A DNA stretch of 62,920 nt, filler included, from Licmophora abbreviata (Eukaryota), in assembly GCA_900291995.1 (NCBI GenBank). It is 13 parts of 13 records of this genome, joined end to end, with 100 filler letters (N's around TTAATTAATTAA, not from the genome) between each part and the next. Parts side by side here need not be neighbours in the genome. Positions count along the whole stretch, not along the records: positions 55,326 to 60,832 come from OLMU01002657.1; positions 60,933 to 62,920 come from OLMU01002658.1; 11 more parts are not named here. One strand, 5' to 3'. Both the position numbers and the translations under genes were made by a program. Positions 56,221 to 62,920 of the stretch are shown in pieces. The notes below the pieces were generated by a model. That model ran no database searches and was not told the origin of the DNA. It worked only from the letters and a program-made list of their open reading frames with translations. Every line of letters starts with the position of its first letter. The stretch's first letter is position 1.

Positions 56221-59200
56221 CTACAAAGTTCCTGCTGTCTTGCGTTCTAGGTACTGGGTGAGACTCAGTCCTGAGCGAACACGAGTTGCCTTGAGCTTGT
56301 TAGGCTTAGCGGCGCCGCCACTCTGAGCCAACACTTCTTCATCAATGTTGAACTCGTGACTTTCTCCAATGTGGGTGGCCTTCTGTGAAGCAAGGACAGA
56401 TTGGTGAACCTGTGCTTCGCGGGTCTTATTGTCCGTGTCTTCTCGCATCTCCGTATCCTTGTGCGCTGTCGCATCGTCGTCCTTCTTCTCGTCCTTCTGA
56501 CCAACCTCCCACAGAATCTTGGGCTTGACCTTGCGTCGTGCATACGGGTTGAACTTGGGCGCCGCATTGGCCTCGGCTTGCTCTTGTGCCTGTTGCACCT
56601 TGTAGGATTCAAAGTCGGCGTTCTGGTTCATTTGCGCAGCACGCTCGTTCACCTTGGCCCAGTTCTGATCCTTTCGGCGCTTCGTTAACTTCCGCCTGCG
56701 GTCTTCCACAATAGAAAGAATACGCTTCTCGTCTTCCTTCATGGCATCGAGCTCCTTCTTTGCAGCATCAACAGCCTCTTCGAACGTTTTGACATTGTCT
56801 TCGAGTTCTTTGGCATCATTCTCTTCACCAGCAAACTCCAGCAGTGTCTTCTTGGCGTCGTCCAAGCCGCGACGGGCGTCTTCCAGAGCGCCCTTGGCGG
56901 CTTGCACGGCGATGCCGGCACGTGTCTGTTCCAAGCCCAAGTTGGTCAAGCCTTTCCCCGTCTTTTTGCGCTCCGCCAACGACTGTTCAATGTCGTCCTT
57001 CGTGTACGTGTAGTTGTGCACCAACTCGTCTTGGTGACGACGCAAGCGCGATGCCGCCTTCTTGCCAAGTACCTCGAGACGAGCTGTCTTTTGCGCACCC
57101 ACGTACTTTCGAACATCCTCGTCGGTTGGACGAGAGTCGGAAATCAAGTACATGGGAAACTCTCTCTTATTTGTCCCAAACTTGACTGTCAGGATCTTGT
57201 TGGTTGAGATCTATGGGTATGCAGTTATCAGCAGTTGCAGGTGAGCGAGGTTTGGCGACAAGTCGTACCGGCAGAGGGATCACATGTTCCACTGAACACA
57301 AATACCTACCGCTTTCTTCTGACCAGCCGTCTTGGGGAATTTGTACTCAGACTTGCTTTTCTTGACGCCGACTATTTCGCACAATCGATAACATTTCTTT
57401 CCGTCATCCGTTTCGCCAATGAAGAGTCTCGCAAAGCAGTGCATGACTGCCTTTTCGAAGAAAGGTTCGTTCACCCAACGAGCAAGACGTCGTCGAGGAA
57501 GCGTAACTTTGATGTAGTCGTCCAAGTCAGCTTCTACCACCGGACCACTAGGCGTAGCTTTTTTCGCCTCCCCATCGGATACATCCATGTCACTTACTGC
57601 AGAGGACTCATCCGACCTGTCCAATTGTGATGCTCTGCGCGTCGTGCTCTTCTTCCAGGGCGCGACTTCTTCGTATTCCTCGTCCGAGTCTTCGTCACTT
57701 CCGTAGTCAAGCTCGTCGTCTTCATCTGACTCTCCCTTTCTGTCAAGCATTGCTTGCCGCTCCTGAGGTATCGAGAGGATGGGCGAAACGCACCGGTTCA
57801 GTTCTTGACTAAAACACGACAAATGATCCACGGACAGAGTACAAATCAAAACTCACATCACGAAGCTGCGCCCGAACTTTGGCCTTTTCAGCTTTGGTGC
57901 CAGCTGCATCGCGGTTGCGGCCTGACTGACGCTTTGACGATAACTTTGCAGCCAGTGCCGCGTCAGCCGCTGTATCGGCTTTGGCAGACTTCTTCCCCTT
58001 GGGCTTGGTCGTCGTTCGCTTCTTGGTCGACATTTTCTTTACTTCAAGATCCTTACGCCTGCACAAGAAATGAACAAGAATATCAGAGACGCCGCGAATC
58101 AAAAACATGACTCAACAGTGGTAGCCTCAACACTAGTACGCACTTTTGTTCGCGAAGAGCTTTCTTCATATCGGCAGCAGTCTTGAGCTTTTCGAAACGC
58201 TCTCCCAGAATAGCCTCACGCTCAAACTCGGGCAAGGACTGGAGATACTTGCGGTCTTCCTCATCTTGTACCAATGTCTGAGGGTCGAGAGTGTCCATGT
58301 CCATTTCTTCGTCGCTGTCGTCTCCCTGTTCTTCCTCCACCTCCTGCACCTTTTTCTTCCTGCCACGGGTACTGCGCGTGGGCCTAGGCGGCGGATTGAC
58401 TGGTTCCTCCTCTTCCACATCCATGTCGTCGTCGGCTGCCGGGGCAGAGACAGGCTTCTCTGTGTCTTTTGCTTCGTCCTCTTCATTGTCGTCATCCTGC
58501 ACAGGAGGAGGTCGCATACGTGCAAGGGACTTTCCTCCACGTACCACAGGCTGTACCTGAACTGGAGGCGGCTGCTCCTCATCCTCTTCGTCGTCATCCT
58601 GATCAGGTGGACGCATACGTGCCAACGACTTTCCTCCACCACTCCGAGAGACTGCCTGGAGTGGGCGTTCCTCCAATTCCGATTCATCAGACTCTTCGTC
58701 TTCTTCCGCGGGTGGGCGCATGCGACTTAACGACTTGCCTCCTCGATGATGTACAGGCCGCACCGGTTCATCATCTTCCTCGGCATCTTCTTCCTCCATG
58801 TCTTCCACATCATCGCCACTTTCCAATTGACTGATAGTAAAGATAGTAAGGAATAGCAGTCAAGAAGCGTAAGACAGCCTTCGAGCAAAACACAGCGACG
58901 GCAAATTCATTCCTAGAATCAATGGGCACTCACGGTCGATGCAACTGCTTCCCCATGCCCGGACGAAACTGCTTCCCTCCTCCTCGATACTCGATCTCAT
59001 CAGAATCATCCTCTTCCCCACTATCATCATCGTCTTCCTCTTCGTCATTACGCACTAATTGCTTCCCACTGCTCATCATGCGCAGCTGCTTTCCACCACC
59101 CGCACGATGAGGCGTCGGCGAAGATTCGTCGTCCATGTCTTCGTCGCTGCTGCTATCATCGTCGACTTCCTCTTCTGACTCTTCGCGAAAACGGCGTTTC

Positions 59201-59356
59201 GTGTTGGGCTAGGTAATGATGATAATGAGTGGGAATACAGAAACAGAACAAAAACAATGAACAAAAGTGCGCAGGATACAGCCCAAAACAGGTCACCACT
59301 CTACATGACAGTCATGGAGGCGGGATTGTCAATCTCGCTCCGTTTCCGCGTACCAT
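56221..59356 (-). CDS. RTF1: RNA polymerase II-associated Paf1C subunit RTF1 (HMD and Plus3 domains); exons 59356-59354, 59208-58934, 58830-58144, 58058-57857, 57762-57310, 57210-56221
   Basis: HMD-like DEEDRKYLQSLPEFEREAILGER; Plus3 LPRRRLARWVNEPFF...FARLFIG...YRLCEIVG...FPMYLISDS; C-terminal FNPYARRKVKP. All exon joins keep the frame. Confidence 0.9.
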
Positions 59357-59720
59357 TGTATTGATTCTTTTCTTTAATGATTTCACAAAGAACGACGCTT
59401 GTTGCTGCTTCTGCTGCTACTGCGCTTCGTATCCTCAACGACGACAATGAAATTACGGCGCAATGTGGGCAGATCCCATGGTTGTTGCATCATCGTCTCG
59501 CGGCTGTCGCTACTTCTGTCTTGCTGTCGACCGTCTTCAAAGATCGGGTCATCTTGTAGCAGAAACAGTCATACAAGATTTATCGACATCTATGTCAATC
59601 ACACCCACGAAATTTTCAATTGTTTCGGGACAGAATGACCACTTTCGCGTCACATTTTCCCTCTCACACGATTGTTTCTGCCGTTGCAAGGGATATTGGG
59701 AGGCTTCCATTCTCATCATC

Positions 59721-62700
59721 ATGCAGAATTCAGAAGCCACTGATGTTGGTTTGCTGGGTCGTCGAGGAAGACGACGATCGAGGGATCAAATCGGTCGAGA
59801 CACAGCACAGAATCATAAAAATGCATCCTCGCCACTCAATGACGAGACGGCCTTGTCAGTGTCGCGTCGTCGAAATTTGAGACACCGACGGCACGATCGA
59901 CATCCTGTATCTCTCCAAGACGAACGAGTTTGGAAGATCGATGGTGAAATAGCGAGTAGTGAGACCATTGAGTTGTGTGATGGACTCTTGACGCTACCTC
60001 CCATGACTACCACAACCACCTTTGGAAACATGTTTGATGTCACGACGGGATCCAATCAAGTACACATTCATGGAATCGACATACCCACCGCCTCGTGGAT
60101 GGATACTGTGTATGAAATATACACCAAAGAGGGGAGTTTTCGACGGGACAATGGGATGACCAACGCTACCGCATGGACATTGTTGCAACGAGGCACGACA
60201 CTGAATGAGGTGGCGCTCACACCGATTCGAGGGTTTGCGGCTGTTACTATTCCGGGAAATACAACGCAGGGATTCTATGTGACTTTAATAACATCACATT
60301 TGGTCTATGCGGATCTGAGTGAAATGTCGTGGGAAACGACAATACCGCCGCCGCAAGTGGGAGATGCAGTAGTGTCGAATGAGAATCTGGGTATTCAGGT
60401 GGGAGTTGCGATTGGAGAATTCCCGCTCAACAGCAGCAGTGTGGCATCGACAACACCCAGTATGTGGAGTGGGACATTGTATTATACAGCAGAGGGAGTA
60501 TGCCCGGAGACGAAATTTTCCTTGCTGGAGTCGCGAGCGCTAGTGCCGACTGCATCTCCAGCACCGAGCCTGAGTGTCATGCCTTCGGTATCGCCTTCCA
60601 AAAGTGCAGAGCCGAGTCATTCCATGACACCGACTATGGTGCCCAGTAAAAGTGCCATACCTTCTACAGTGCCGACGGGAGTCCCGTCCATACCCCCCAG
60701 TGTACAGGAGAGCTCGGAACCAACCGTTGTGCCGTCGAGCGAACCATCCGGGGTGGCTAGCAGCTCCCCGTCGACGATGAGACCCTCTTTCGGTCCTTCC
60801 ATACAGCCGTCAAAGCTGGAGACACCTTCGCTNNNNNNNNNNNNNNNNNNNNNNNNNNNNNNNNNNNNNNNNNNNNTTAATTAATTAANNNNNNNNNNNN
60901 NNNNNNNNNNNNNNNNNNNNNNNNNNNNNNNNCCGTCGCAGGCGCCTTCGGTCGGACCTTCCCAGTTTCCGTCACCGTCACCATCTCTATTCCTGTTGCA
61001 GTCACCTTCAACTCCTCCATCAGGGTCGCCTTCGAGTTCGCCATTCATTGAGATTCAGGAAAGTTCAGAGCCAACAATGTTGGTCTCAACAATGCCATCG
61101 GCGCTGGGCAGTAGCGCGCCGTCTGCTGGTACGCCTTCTGTGGTCCCTTCATTCCAACCTTCTCAGGCGCCTTCAGCTATGGACATCAATGTACCATCTA
61201 CGGATACTTTTTCCGCGATCCCTTCTATAGGACCATCAATGACAGGGGACCCCTCAAACTCAGGCGCTCCATCTTTGATGCATTCCCAGTTGCCTTCTTC
61301 TGTTCCGTCCCAATCGCCGTCTATGGAGCCATCAACAAGCCCAACTAACACTACTCCATCACTCGCGTCGCCTGGACCTTCAATTGTGGTGACGCCAGAC
61401 CCGACACCTGGCCCTTCGTCAGACTTGTCGTTGAACCCCTCAATCTCCGTGTCTTCTCGGCCCACATCTGAGTCTACAGTAGAGCCATCACTTGGGCCTT
61501 CACTGGAATCAACTCTCGAGCCTACTTCCGATCCCACGCCAGACGTTTCATTGATGCCGTCGACAGCTCTGTCGTTGCAGCCTACTTATAAGGTCACCTC
61601 GACTCCCACCTCACAGTCAACACGCGATCCTACGACAGATCCTATACCGGCACCAACACAGGGGCCTACACCTGAGCCCCTGCCTGAACCTACGCCTCGA
61701 CCTACGCCTCGGCCCACGCCCCGACCAACTCCTCGACCCACGCCTAGACCTACACCTGAGCCCCTGCCTGAACCTACGCCTCGACCCACGCCTGCTCCAC
61801 TAGAAGCGACGCCTGGTCCGACTCCAAAAACCGCTGCTCCATCCCCAGATCCCACGAATAAGGTCACGCAAGCTCCACAGCCAAATTCCACTCCCTTTCC
61901 CACGCCAGTTCCGACATCTTCTTCTATTTACAAGTCTCCAACTGTGTTGCCAACCCAATTGCTGAGCTCTGCTCCCACTCAAGCACTGCAATCTGCTCCA
62001 TCGGCACCGATTCCTTCTCTGACACCGACAGTGGACCCACTATTTTGTTTTCTGGTGCCATCTGCATGTGCACCACCACAGGAGCCAACCAATGTTGAGG
62101 GACCTTCTCCAGTCCCTACTGCTTCCTCGCCAGTTTCTCAACGACCGATAGAAATGCCATCGCCGTCTACATTTGGACCGTCGATGGAAGTTGGTGCCGA
62201 CAGAGAGGACAAGCCTACGGGAGAACCAACCATGCTCGAGACGGTCACTGATTTGTGGCCACCTTCCACCCCACCAACAATGCCACCAACCACGCTTTTG
62301 TGCTTTCTTGTCCCGCTAGCGTGTGAGCCGACAAGTACGCCGTCATCGCCCGCCACGATAGCGCCATCCACGGAAGCAACTCAAATGAGAGCACCGTCCT
62401 CTCAGCCGTCGATTAGTAATTCGTTTCGCGTGCCCTCACTTGCTCCCTCTAGCGCAGGAGACTTTGATCTGCCCCCTAGTGAAAGCACTCCATTGCCTTC
62501 TGCTCCAAGCTTGGTATCGATCTTCCCTTCAGTGGAGCCTTCGCTGGCATCAGCACCTCCCATCAGGGCACCGATACTATCTACAGAGCCGCCTAGGACC
62601 GATCTTCGTAGTTGTCCAAACTTGAACGAAGATAAAGATGGTCTGGGTGAGAGCCGGGTGACATTCACGTATACTCTACAGACGAGTAGCAACTCGTTGT

Positions 62701-62856
62701 CTTTTCTTCCGGACCTCGAATCTGCACTGCTCAACGAGGTGGCGGACTCCGTGCTCGATTGTGTGTTCCAGTCGGCTTCCGGCATGCGACGTACAGAAGA
62801 GAAGTCTCGAATAGTGCGTTTATCGTATCCACCTGACGCTCCCATTTCTCGAACGA
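59721..62856 (+). CDS. Mucin-like Pro/Ser/Thr-rich putative cell-surface protein with a beta-rich N-terminal domain; spans the gap at 60833-60932; start uncertain; probably continues past a GTAAGT donor at 62857 beyond the window
   Basis: Globular segment GNMFDV...YTKEGS...QGFYVTL...WSGTLYY, long PS/PT tracts, and a C-terminal module YTLQT...LESALLNEVADSVLDC. Confidence 0.75.
61666..61792 (+). repeat. Coding tandem repeat: degenerate 12-nt PTPR units and two copies of the 24-nt PTPEPLPE unit
   Basis: cctacacctgagcccctgcctgaa occurs twice, with cctacgcctcga-like units between and after. Confidence 0.85.
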
Positions 62857-62920
62857 GTAAGTATACATTGAATGGCTGAGAGAAATCAAGTCATATGTCG
62901 AGTAAGAGAAGTGTACTAAT

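Noticed and set aside
13991..60932. Identical TTAATTAATTAA palindromes recurring 12 times, superficially like a repeat array or transposon target sites
   Set aside because: Each is centred in a fixed 100-nt N block, so it is an artificial six-frame-stop scaffold linker.
61666..61792. Short direct repeats as a possible CRISPR array or satellite
   Set aside because: They are codon-degenerate, in-frame PTPR/PTPE peptide repeats without unique spacers.

Overview
A gene-dense eukaryotic nuclear scaffold, most likely from a pennate diatom. This is inferred from short GT-AG introns of about 75-145 nt, bipartite signal plus plastid-transit presequences, and a diatom-style Pro/Ser/Thr-rich surface protein. 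About 31 protein-coding loci are present; I worked out their exon structures by hand. Twelve artificial 100-nt spacers (N44-TTAATTAATTAA-N44) mark assembly gaps, and several genes run across them. Three single-base frameshifts at short homopolymers look like sequencing errors. I found no tRNA, rRNA, CRISPR array or transposon. Most notable: (1) an intron-containing, bacterial-style dikinase with rifampin-phosphotransferase/PigC domain order, convergent with a bacterial-style soluble adenylyl cyclase; (2) a probable fusion of the ECM29 N-terminus to an Ariadne RBR E3 ligase; (3) seven histone-tail-like GK[Q/S]L motifs in the RTF1 N-terminus; (4) a hydrophobic protein carrying an RHS-toxin-like HNH/Zn motif; (5) WDR33/Pfs2 fused to a KH domain; (6) an ammonium transporter with an in-frame TGA in its conserved C-tail. 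All family assignments come from motif recognition, not database searches.
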